Source: Welwitschia mirabilis (taxonomy: Eukaryota). From it: a stretch of 20,000 bases of DNA. This document shows, one piece after another, positions 9,650 through 20,000 of the stretch. Every line of letters begins with the position of its first letter. Positions within the stretch are counted from its first letter, which is position 1. The notes below the pieces were generated by a model. It saw nothing but the letters and a program-made list of their open reading frames with translations, made no database searches and was not told the DNA's origin. The stretch is taken from the NCBI GenBank assembly GCA_051453625.1, contig JBOZIK010000001.1, forward strand, positions 1,745,862 through 1,765,861, in the 5' to 3' direction. The position numbers and the translations under genes were made by a program.

Positions 9650-12196
9650 GCTTCTTCACCAATAAAACTGCTAAATATAATACTAAGATATCTAAACTTT
9701 AAAATCATGAATAGAATAGCATATTATCATCTTGACATTTAAAAAACTTATGACTAATTAGTTTTAATCAAAAAAATATAAAACTAAATAGTTAATTAAA
9801 AATATTGTAAATAAAAATAAGGAAATTTTAGAACAAAAGGATATAATTTTTGAGTTATAGGATTTAGTAATTGGATAAAGAAAAGATATACTTACTTAAA
9901 GTATAGAATTGACATCAATTAAAAAGTTATCCATGACTTCTTCACCTATGATTCTTGCTATAAAATTTTCTACAAAACCTTATTCTAAGAGTGAAGAGTG
10001 TAAAGAAGTAACTCTCTTTGAACTGTTAAAGTAAAAAAATAGGATTTCCTTTTGTAACTCTTCTTATTCCACTTATCTTATAGAGTATCTATGTAATCCT
10101 TAATTTCGTAATCATATTATAGTTTTTACAAAGTACCATTAACTAAAAAAGATGTATTGTATAGAGGATTATATAATATAAAATGTTATTTTAAACACTT
10201 CTAAAGTAATTTAAGAAAATGTTTTTATATTACACTAGTTAAAGAAAAAATCTTCCATCTTTAATATCATATAATAAGCTTAAAATTTTATGCCATGAAG
10301 GGTACTTTAATAAGTAACAAAACCAAAGCTATAGATTATGCATTGAAAAGTTTAATAATTAAAAAACTTAAAAGCATGGTTTAATAATATAAAACTTGCA
10401 ATTATAAGTCTACACTAGTGTTTTATTTAAAGATAGACTTATAAGTTGGGATATGTGTCAAAATTTTGTGATGAAAGAATTATGATTTCAATTTTACCTC
10501 TCTTAAGGGACACTAGTGCCATATTATGATTGTGAAAAGCATGTAAAAAATGTAATGCATTGGAACTTCTTAAGTAAAGACACCAACAGTTAATGTTATA
10601 AAATTATATATCTCTAAAACACTATCTAGGCCTCGTATGATCATCATAAACATGGTTTCATAACAAATGATATGTTATATACTTTTACATATATATTCAT
10701 CTTGTTCATAGTAGTATAAAACAAGTTGGAGAAATAACATATCTCTTGGAAACATTAGTACTATGATAAAAGACTAACATTGAGTTGTGATTTATATGCC
10801 TAAGTACAAGATTTTGTCAAAAGTAATGTATTACATTCTTTGTGAAGCCTTGTGAATTATATAAATTAAGAATCTATGTCATAATGTGATTAGATTACCC
10901 TTAATGATATCGATTTATGAGTGTTATATCACTGTCTATTTTCATATCTTGTGATTCTAGAAGAAGAGATGTTAGAAATATAAATTATTAGTTAACAATA
11001 ATAGTATAATTGATTAATTTTATAGGTGATTTTTGGTAAGTTCATAAACCTTAATGATGAAAAGTATATATTGTTAGATTATTTAATGTAGAAATTCTAT
11101 GATAATTTTTACTCAGGTGATTAGGCATGTCATCCTATGTATTACATCTAGTGGTATAATGTGGCTAATCTCTCTTAAATTATTTGTACTCTTAACTATG
11201 CTAATAGGTTTTTATGAGAAAATAAATTAATAAATAAAAAATTCAAATGTTAAAAATAAAATAAATTCATTTATATAAAGGCATCCAATTTAATGCTAAA
11301 ATTATTAAATTGAAAGTTTATAAAAAGGTATAAAATAATGATAAAGAGTGGCATATGACATCTTTGTTTTACTCGTTTTTTCATGCATCTCATTCAAGCC
11401 TAAAAAGTAAAATTATTTGGAAAAAATAAATGGTTAATGTAAATGGTCAAAAAGATAAATAAACAAATTTGAGGGTAATAAATTCAGTTATAATGTTTTT
11501 GTCCCTTGTGTTTTGCCTTCATCTATTTGATGAACTTTGAAATTAATGAGCTATGAACAAGCATCTGCACTCTTATCCATAAACAAAGAAGGATTAAATA
11601 GTAGATTTTATTCTACTAGGACTTTTATGATTCTTAATATTTAAAAAGGTGCTTGATTCATAAAATATTTATTTGGAATTGAAAAAATTATCTCATTATG
11701 ATGCATGCTAGTTTTGAAATTTGTGCATAAAAATATATTTATTTGTATAATGCATATTACATGTTGTTTAATTCATATTTTTTATTACATAAGTATGATT
11801 ATGAGATTATGAAGTATTAAGAAGGAAGTATCATGAGTGAATGAGGTATAACATTAGCCTTAATAATTAAAGCAAGACATTACATATCTTAGGTAGAGAT
11901 ATAAGCATGTTGTCTTTTTATCATTCATACATCACTGTCATTTATCTTTCAAGATCATCCAACTTATTAATGATTAATCTTATCTAAATAAATATAATCA
12001 ATTTTATCTAATTTAATTTTATCATATTACTTTATGAGTGAAATGGTGTATATGGTCTTTGTTAACATGTAAAAATTGTCATTTATTTCAAGTATGTCAT
12101 ACTAGTTTATTATAAGTTAAAATTAATTTAATTATTTTATTTATAAAAATATGTATTATGCTTTCTTTAATGTCATATTGGATTTTATGCTTTTAC
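9650..12196 (+). pseudogene. Highly decayed L1-type LINE ORF2 (post-endonuclease linker, RT and downstream region)
   Basis: Collinear motif remnants: SNWIKKRY (W at 9872, cf. KxWNKxxF), SWDMCQNFV (10444, cf. WDIVGxDV), ISKTLSR (10610, cf. ISKVLANR), RNINY*LTIIV*LIN (10974, cf. RNIxDNILIAQELIH), ISLKLFVL (11168, cf. LSPYLFVL), HLIQA*KVKLFGK (11386, cf. HLxFADDxxLFG), YEQASALLSINKE (11552, cf. YEQASGxxINxxKS), KYLFGI (11663, cf. KYLGIP), *EGSIMSE*GITLALIIKA (11818, cf. WKGKxLSxAGRxxLIKA), NFI* (12000, cf. NFLW). Confidence 0.65.
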
Positions 12197-12296
12197 NNNN
12201 NNNNNNNNNNNNNNNNNNNNNNNNNNNNNNNNNNNNNNNNNNNNNNNNNNNNNNNNNNNNNNNNNNNNNNNNNNNNNNNNNNNNNNNNNNNNNNNN
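12197..12296. other. Assembly gap (100 N placeholder); other 100-N gaps at 18897-18996, 19277-19376 and 19618-19717
   Basis: N runs of exactly 100. Further gaps of other sizes at 15556-16062, 16611-16897, 17170-17214 and 18312-18321. Confidence 0.97.
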
Positions 12297-13374
12297 TGAT
12301 TAAAAAATTTAGATTACAAAATGCTAAATAAGTTGTTAAACCTTTAGAACAAAATGTAAAAATTGATATTGATGAACATCTAGAATTGGCAAATAAAATC
12401 AAATACATAAGAATAGTTGATAGTCTTATTTATGTTATCAATGCTAGGACTAATATCTCATATGTGATTGATGTCTTATCTAGATATATTCATGCACTAA
12501 AATTTAGTCATTCAAACACTTCTATGAGAGTACCAAGATATTTAAAGAATATAAAAGACTTAGGTATTACGTACAAGAAAAACTATTAGTTTATCCTAAA
12601 GGCATACTTTGACTTAGACTTTACTAGAGACTTAGAAATATCCTTATTAACATTAGGATATGTCATGTTTTTAAAGGCATCACCTTTATATTAGTAATCT
12701 AATCATCAGAGAGTGATATCTTGATCCTCTCTAGAAGTGGAATATATAACTATATTTAAAACCTATAGAAAAATTAAATTGTTAAAAAAACATCTAGAAC
12801 TAATAAACTTAAAGAAAATAAAAGAAGCTAATATTTTCATCGATGCTTAATCTACTATTTGTATCCTGAAAGATCTAGTATACCATAATGGAATAAAAAC
12901 TTTTATGTTAAAATCAATAACATTTGAAAAATTATAAAGGTAGAAGTAGTTATACTAGTATATTATTCGACCACAAAATAAATAGCCTATATTGTGATTA
13001 AACCACTTAGTTGAGAAAATTTCTAATACGTTCAATCTAAGATAAGATTGATCATGAGATAATACAATTTATTTTATTATAAATATAAAGCTTTATTTAA
13101 CTTTTAGAGTTAATGAGAAAAGCCTTTCTCAATCCTAATACCATAGGATGTGTTATACTACTTTTGCCAGTACTATGGGACATGTAGTACAAATTTTGCT
13201 AGCATCATAGGAGGTATAATGCATGAAATCTATTTCTATTAAATGTGTAGAAAATTCTAATTACTTCTTTATGAAGTAGGCTCCATTCCTAATAAGTTTT
13301 ATTGTAGGCCCCATTTCAAAGATTCTCCTTGAGGTACTCTAGCTTTCTTAGAAGACAAGTATTTCACCTGCATT
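12297..13374 (+). pseudogene. Degenerate Ty1/copia RT C-terminus, RNase H and 3' UTR, copy 2 (same family as 724-2626)
   Basis: Aligns with 1777-2620. Reads LKAYFDLDFTRDLEISLLTLGYVMFL..SNHQRVIS*SSLEVEYI (cf. GYSDADWAGD..STSGYVF..SKKQ..VALSSTEAEYI) and IAYIVIKPL at ~12982-13008. Confidence 0.9.
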
Positions 13375-13700
13375 AAGGGTGGAATTACTAGGACATTAAT
13401 AAGTCATACTATGATATTATACTTAGGAAAAATGAAAACTCTAGTTGAAACATAGTTAGATATGCTTACCTATAAAAGTAAGCTCTATTATTCGAAACAT
13501 GAGAAAACATATAATACTATTTAAAAATCTGGTTTTAAGTTTCATATCTCATACTTGTTTACTACACTCTTTGTACTTTTATTATAGATTTATTAAATAT
13601 ATTAAGATATTATTTATTTATAAGAGATTTTAGTCCCTCCATTATTTACAAAATCTAGAAATACCAATGCAATCCTATTTTTAAAGAATTAATAACTCTA
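13375..13700 (+). mobile_element. PPT and probable 3' LTR of copia copy 2 (right end uncertain)
   Basis: AAGGGTGGAAT (13375-13385) is followed by TACTAGG (decayed TG start). CCTATAAAAG at 13469-13478. Confidence 0.45.
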
Positions 13701-14319
13701 CTTTTCTAGATTTAAGATCTAAGGCTACTATTTTTTAAAATATTATTTTTGAAATATACATTAAGTAACAAAAATTACTTAGAGCTTCTTTATCTCTTTT
13801 AGCTATTTAAGAACTAGTTGGATGACTCTTATTTATTTTTATGAGTGTATTCGTAGAATCTAATTATTCCATAATTATTCTTTATGTTCTACCCTGTATC
13901 CTAATCTTTACATAGGTTATAATTAGTGGACAAGAAAATGAATATAAAAGTGATTTTATACCACTTGAGGACCATGTATTAAATAATTCCTAAAGTTATT
14001 TTATTACTTTCAAAGACATGTTCATTAATCTTAATGTTGTGTTACTAGTTGTAACTTTCTTTGTTTTATTTTATTTATGCTATCATTATAGCCTTATCAC
14101 TAACTTTTTAATCTAATACTTATTATGTATTTTAAATTATTATTAAGGTTAATATTAAACTATTATTTAAGATCTAACACTATTAAAAATTCGATACTCT
14201 CATATATTGCTTTTAGCTTTTAATGTTTTTCTTACTCAACTAGGGCTAATTTCCTAATTTTAGTTACAGTATTCTATTCTTTTTTGGTATCACACATCCT
14301 AGTTTATTAAGATAAAAAA

Positions 14320-15010
14320 AATATAAGAAGAATGGTTAGGTAGTTGGATGTCAAATTTTTAACATGTGTTATAGAAATAATAACTGTATTATCTATAAAT
14401 TATTAATGAATTAAAAGATTATGTTAAGCAAAATATTTTTCTAAAGGGAAGAGAGAAAAGAATATAAATAGAAAATTTAAAAGGAAAATAATAAATAGAG
14501 TATATGAAGATTAATATAATAAAAAAAAGGGAAAAAATTTATCACTTAGTAATGACGAAGGCAAGATAACTAATTTCTAATAAAACTCTCAAAAATGATG
14601 TATTATATCAATATCAATTATTTATTTAAAATAATGTCATACTCCTTTAGAAGAACATGATAGTTAAGCACTCCTAAGATATTTGGAATTCTTATGAAAA
14701 TATTAGAACACATGGCCTCTTGGTTACTTTTTGGTTAAATTAATAAAGCAATAAAAATTATTATTTTGTCTTAAGTAAAAAGACATTTAATTAGGTCAAG
14801 AGAATTTCATAATTATTGTTCAAATACCATCAATTGATTATTTCTTTTGTTGATTGTAAAAATTTGAAATGAAATTGGTATTAGACATTACATTATTTTT
14901 CTTACTCCAAAGAAGGGGTTATCTAAGAAATCTCTTATGAACTATAAAAATATAAATAAATAATCCTTGTAGATATTGAGATATCAAAGTTTAGCATAAG
15001 TGTTTCAACA
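14320..15010 (+). pseudogene. Possible 3' part of the LINE ORF2 (zf-RVT region)
   Basis: I*EEWLG (~14321), IWNS..TFWL (14681), SIDYF/FVDCKNLK*NW (14830-14878, cf. SIDHLFxxCxxAxxxW with correct C-6-W spacing). Weak and frameshifted. Confidence 0.33.
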
Positions 15011-15323
15011 AAAGAGTTAACCATAATAGAGAACTCACATTACTTTTATTTTTCTTATTTTAAAATAAAAGCAAATATAGAAGTATAATTATCTCACACT
15101 TTTGTAAATTTTGATTCTAACTAGGTAGTTAATGAAAATGTCAAATAATTTTAAAGAAAAAGTTGGTATTAGCTTATAAGAGAGTAAACTTGAAATAATT
15201 GTTATAATTTGATCATTCTAGTAATCAAGCTTAAAGTCATGTATAGAGGATATATGTTAACAATATAAGAATCACATACAATAAAAATTAATTAATGGTT
15301 AATGATCACTATTAAGAACCCAT

Positions 15324-16353
15324 TGTTATTGATTAAGTTAATGAGTTTTTTTAGTTAGTCTTTTGTGCAGGTATTTCCCAGCACCGGGCGACCGACTTGA
15401 AATATCAGATGACCGATTGTTAAAGAATTGTGACACTGCTTTAGGATTGGACTACCGCACACATGAAACCAAGTGACTGAAATGATACAGCATAAAGAAA
15501 ACTAGTTCAAACATGGGTGATCGACCATACTCATACAGGTGACTGCATCATGCATNNNNNNNNNNNNNNNNNNNNNNNNNNNNNNNNNNNNNNNNNNNNN
15601 NNNNNNNNNNNNNNNNNNNNNNNNNNNNNNNNNNNNNNNNNNNNNNNNNNNNNNNNNNNNNNNNNNNNNNNNNNNNNNNNNNNNNNNNNNNNNNNNNNNN
15701 NNNNNNNNNNNNNNNNNNNNNNNNNNNNNNNNNNNNNNNNNNNNNNNNNNNNNNNNNNNNNNNNNNNNNNNNNNNNNNNNNNNNNNNNNNNNNNNNNNNN
15801 NNNNNNNNNNNNNNNNNNNNNNNNNNNNNNNNNNNNNNNNNNNNNNNNNNNNNNNNNNNNNNNNNNNNNNNNNNNNNNNNNNNNNNNNNNNNNNNNNNNN
15901 NNNNNNNNNNNNNNNNNNNNNNNNNNNNNNNNNNNNNNNNNNNNNNNNNNNNNNNNNNNNNNNNNNNNNNNNNNNNNNNNNNNNNNNNNNNNNNNNNNNN
16001 NNNNNNNNNNNNNNNNNNNNNNNNNNNNNNNNNNNNNNNNNNNNNNNNNNNNNNNNNNNNNNACATGTGCATTATTGCATCCTTCTTTCTATCATTCATT
16101 CATGGTTGTGGATAAGCCTTAAAATACTCATTGGTTATGAAAGATTATTTAGTGAGCCTGAAAACCATTCTTGTGAGTAAATATATGCTAGCTAGGATGA
16201 GAAGTTTACAAAGCTAAAGGGTGATGTCTATCCATTATTAAATACCTTATTTTAATATTCCTTTATATTTATCTTATTTGCAGGTCACGAAGAATAAGGA
16301 AACAGTTTTAAAAAACCTATTCACCCTCCTCTGGGGTCGATCCTCGACTATTA
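15324..16353 (+). repeat. 5' LTR of Sirevirus (contains 507-N gap at 15556-16062)
   Basis: Ends 2 nt before the PBS (terminal CA decayed to TA). C-rich motif CCTATTCACCCTCCTCTGG at 16316-16334. Start guessed at TGTT 15324. Confidence 0.65.
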
Positions 16354-16355
16354 AT

Positions 16356-16367
16356 TGGTATCAGAGC
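16356..16367 (+). other. Primer binding site, tRNA-iMet
   Basis: TGGTATCAGAGC, an exact canonical match. Confidence 0.95.
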
Positions 16368-16418
16368 AAGGTTGAGCAACAGATCCTAATAGATCTCTGC
16401 TCCACACATCCCTAGAAA

Positions 16419-17900
16419 ATGAGTCAACCCATGGAAGGAAATTCTGTCATAAGACCTCCCTTTTTCGATGGAACAGACTATGGTTATTGGAAAGCAAATA
16501 TGAGAGTCTTTGTCCAATTTATTGACCTAGAAATCTGGGAGTCTATTATTAATGGGTATTATCCTCCTACTGTGCAGGATCCGGTTACCAAGTTGGCAAT
16601 TCCAAAAAGTNNNNNNNNNNNNNNNNNNNNNNNNNNNNNNNNNNNNNNNNNNNNNNNNNNNNNNNNNNNNNNNNNNNNNNNNNNNNNNNNNNNNNNNNNN
16701 NNNNNNNNNNNNNNNNNNNNNNNNNNNNNNNNNNNNNNNNNNNNNNNNNNNNNNNNNNNNNNNNNNNNNNNNNNNNNNNNNNNNNNNNNNNNNNNNNNNN
16801 NNNNNNNNNNNNNNNNNNNNNNNNNNNNNNNNNNNNNNNNNNNNNNNNNNNNNNNNNNNNNNNNNNNNNNNNNNNNNNNNNNNNNNNNNNNNNNNNNATT
16901 ATGTGAATCAATTAAAGAATCAAGAGTGGTTCGCAAAGCCTTAAGATCTCTGCCAAAAAGGTTCAAATCAAAAGTGACTACTATAGAGGAAATTAAGGAT
17001 CTAAATATCATGAAACTGGATGAACTTCAAGGGAACCTTCACACTTTTAAGCTCAAATTTGGAAAGCAGAAGAAGAAAAGTATGGCATTATCTATCACAC
17101 ATGTTACTAAAATCAAGGATGGATCTAACCTAGAACTAGATAGTGATGATGAAGTGGATCTTCTAGCTANNNNNNNNNNNNNNNNNNNNNNNNNNNNNNN
17201 NNNNNNNNNNNNNNCTAGGAGATTACCAAAAATAAAAGAGAAAGGACATCATGAAATTCAATATTATTCTTACAAAGGTTTTGGTTACACATCAAATGTC
17301 TACTCTAATAATAAAAAAGATGACAAAAGAAGGGGAAAGAAAGTCTTGTCTGCAACATGGAACGATGAAGAAGGTGAAAGTAAATAAAACTCAGATTCAA
17401 AACGTGGTGGCATCTCTCTTATGGTTATTGTCAATGAAAAGGTATGTTCTACTTCTCACATTAATTCAGTCATTACTGAAGATACGCTTAATGATATTGA
17501 ATTGAAATTATATTTGGAATGTAAAAATTTGGCTCATAGAGTAAACCCACTGAAAAAAGAAAATAAGCTCCTTCTAGATAAGTTTGACATTAGGGAAAAG
17601 GAAATTAAAGACCTGAAACGTAACTTTGCCTCAACCTCCTATAGAGTTAAGGATTAAGCTTCTCGAAAATCGTTCCCTAGCTCATTCAATTCTTTTCAGT
17701 ACTCATACTTCAAACCTTTTTCTAAGGCAAACTCCAAAAATTCTTTGGCTAATATCATCTACCATTATTGCAATAAAAAGGATCATTCTAAGATTAACTG
17801 CGTCTTTTACAAAAATTGGTTTCTTCACTCTATATTATGGTCTAAGTCTAGTTTCTCCAAAAAATCTCATACTATTGCAAACAAAAATAAATGCCTGAGG
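16419..17900 (+). pseudogene. gag: Sirevirus gag (decayed, gapped)
   Basis: EGNSVIRPPFFDGTDYGYWKANMRVF..DLEIW N-terminus; VRKALRSLPKRFKSKVTTIEEIKDL..LDELQGNL (UBN2-like); knuckle 1 at 17262-17303; ATWND motif; coiled coil at 17500-17640; knuckle 2 YHYCNKKDHSKINC at 17760-17801; WIPK. Stop at 17385-17387 and later frameshifts. Confidence 0.9.
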
Positions 17901-17939
17901 TGGATCCCAAAATTCATAACTAAAAGACTTTTAATCCAA

Positions 17940-20000
17940 ATGGCTTTAAGATCAACTAATCATTCTTATTGGTATCTAGATAGTGGGTGCTCGAGATATA
18001 TGATAGGTGACAAATCAAACTTCATTAGTTTCAAGGAATACATTGGAGGGGAAGTCACATTTAGGGATAATGAAAGAGCTTAGATTGAAGGAATTGAAAG
18101 CATTGATGGAGGTAACTTACCAAATATTTACAATGTTTTATTTGTTAATAGATTAAAGCATAATTTGTTAAGCATTAGTCAAAATTGTGATAAGGATCAT
18201 AAAGTCATTTTCGATAAAAAGAAATGTATTGTAAAATATGGCAAAATTGATCAACCATTACTTGTAGCAAATAGACATGAGAATGTGTATTGTGTAAATC
18301 AATCGAATAACNNNNNNNNNNATACTTAAGAAGACGTTATCTGAGATTGGCATTTAGGTCACATTAGTTTTGAAACTTTAAAAAAAATTATTCGTGATGA
18401 GATAGTTAGGGGTCTTCTTAAAATCTCTTTTTCTCAAAAAGGGCTATGTGATACTTATCAAAAGGGAAAATAGACTAGAATATCTCATAAAAGAGTTAGT
18501 GAGATCACAACTAGTAAACCCTTAGATTTAAATCATATGGATCTAGTTAGGACTATTCAAACTGCAAGTCTCTCTAGAAAAATATATTTTCTAGTTATGA
18601 TTGACGATTTTTCTAGATTTTATTAGATATCTTTTCTTTATGCTAAATCCTATTCCTATGAAAATTTCATTAAAATTTGCAAGAAGCTTCAAATGTAAAA
18701 GGGGTATGTTATAAAGAAAATATGAAGTGATCATGGTAAAAAGTTTAAGAATGAAAGATTCAAAATTTATTACAACTCAAATGGAATTAGCTATGAGTTT
18801 TCAGCCCCTTAAACCCCTCAATAAAATGGAATAGCTAAAAGAAGAAAATTGAACCTTACTAGATATGGATAGAGTAATGTTAAATGACAACAACATNNNN
18901 NNNNNNNNNNNNNNNNNNNNNNNNNNNNNNNNNNNNNNNNNNNNNNNNNNNNNNNNNNNNNNNNNNNNNNNNNNNNNNNNNNNNNNNNNNNNNNNNTTTT
19001 GGCCCCTTAAACCCCTCAATAAAATGGAATAGCTGAAAGAAAAAAATCGGACCTTACTAGATATGGATAGAGTCATGTTAAATGATAAAAACATTCTAAA
19101 ATGATTTTGGGCTGAATCAGTGAACATGGCGTGTCATATATATAACAGAGTTTATTTGAGGCCTAGAACCTCTAAAACTCCTTATGAACTTTAAAAAGGT
19201 AAGAAACCGAGCATATCTTATTTTAAAAACTTTTAGGAGTAAATGCTTCATCTTGAGAGATAGAGAGGGATTAGTANNNNNNNNNNNNNNNNNNNNNNNN
19301 NNNNNNNNNNNNNNNNNNNNNNNNNNNNNNNNNNNNNNNNNNNNNNNNNNNNNNNNNNNNNNNNNNNNNNNNNNNNAAAACTTAATGCTAAATCAGATGA
19401 GGGAATCTTTTTAGGATACTCTCAATCCAATAGAGCCTATAGAGTTTTTAACAAAAGAACTTTTCATATGAAAGAATCAATTAATGTAAAAATACATGAT
19501 ATCTCAGATTCTTTGAATTTCATTAACCTTACCAAAGATCCTATTCCCTCTTGATCTATTAATCAAATGGATAAAAAATCAAGAGATAAAATAACTCCAG
19601 AAATTAAGGAACTCAAGNNNNNNNNNNNNNNNNNNNNNNNNNNNNNNNNNNNNNNNNNNNNNNNNNNNNNNNNNNNNNNNNNNNNNNNNNNNNNNNNNNN
19701 NNNNNNNNNNNNNNNNNTAATCAAATGGATAAAAAATCAAGAGATAAAATAACTCCAGAAATTAAGGAACTCAAGGATCATCCTTTGGATTCTATTATTA
19801 GAAATGTTCAATAAGGTATCATTACCAAAAATGCTCTTAAAAACTTTAGTACTTATGTCTCCCTTTTATCTCAAATTGAACCTAAACCTTTTAAAGAGGT
19901 TGAATCTGATCCAAGTTGGATCAATGTCATGCAAGAGGATCTTGAACAATTCACTAGAAATAAGGTTTGAACACTTGTTCCAAAATCAATAAGAAAACAA
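17940..20000 (+). pseudogene. pol: Sirevirus pol: protease, GAG-pre-integrase, integrase, SH3-like region, start of RT
   Basis: WYLDSGCSRYMIGDK (17970), LKHNLLSISQ, LGHISF, PLDLNHMDL, LVMIDDFSRF, SDHG, FSAP*TPQ*NGIA, AKSDEGIFLGYS..AYRVFNKRT, KDHPLDSII, SQIEPK..WINVMQEDLEQFTRNKV*TLVP (~19870-19983). Multiple stops. Confidence 0.93.

Larger units (their letters stand above)
15324..20000 (+). mobile_element. Sirevirus (SIRE/Maximus lineage) Ty1/copia retrotransposon, decayed, truncated by the window end
   Basis: LTR with GACCG-type repeated motifs and a CCTATTCACCCTCCTCT U5 signature, iMet PBS, long gag with two zinc knuckles and a coiled coil, then protease-integrase-RT order. The left boundary is uncertain. 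Confidence 0.88.

Noticed and set aside
11129..11176. VILCITSSGIM as a Helitron/PIF1 helicase motif (VASSGIA)
   Set aside because: No upstream GTGKT Walker A or downstream GRTAHS. The neighbouring motifs fit L1 RT better.
13700..14320. T-rich stretch as a separate element or gene
   Set aside because: No motif, terminal repeat or ORF that I can support, so it is left unannotated.
15517..16180. Long ORFs of 183-213 aa
   Set aside because: Open only because they span the N gap. The same applies to 16552..16944, 16559..17011, 16585..16911, 18801..19127 and 12193..12408.
17380..17760. Programmed gag-pol frameshift or readthrough site
   Set aside because: Too many random stops and frameshifts in this copy to single out a programmed one.

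Overview
Very AT-rich, repeat-derived eukaryotic DNA, plant by transposon lineage, from a draft assembly with nine N gaps. I find no host gene, RNA gene or CRISPR array, and I cannot support a new prokaryote-style system. The window is a nest of retrotransposon relics. In order: a possible orphan 3' LTR (~242-723); a decayed Ty1/copia RT-RNase H (724-2626); a ~7 kb minus-strand Athila-like Ty3/gypsy element with ~1.07 kb LTRs, a decayed tRNA-Asp PBS, a PPT, one unrecognised decayed ORF and no pol (2627-9587); an extremely decayed L1-type LINE ORF2 that the ORF track misses (~9650-12196, possibly resuming ~14320-15010); a second copy of the copia RT-RNase H end with PPT and LTR (12297-~13700); and the best-preserved element, a Sirevirus (SIRE/Maximus) copia with LTR, PBS, gag and pol running off the window (~15324-20000). 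The most notable points are the pol-less Athila-like element with its dispersed hairpin motif and duplicated splice-acceptor/start module, the hidden LINE, a strong TG/CA-to-TA mutation signature, and several gap-flanking assembly artefacts. All translations, alignments and identities were done by eye.
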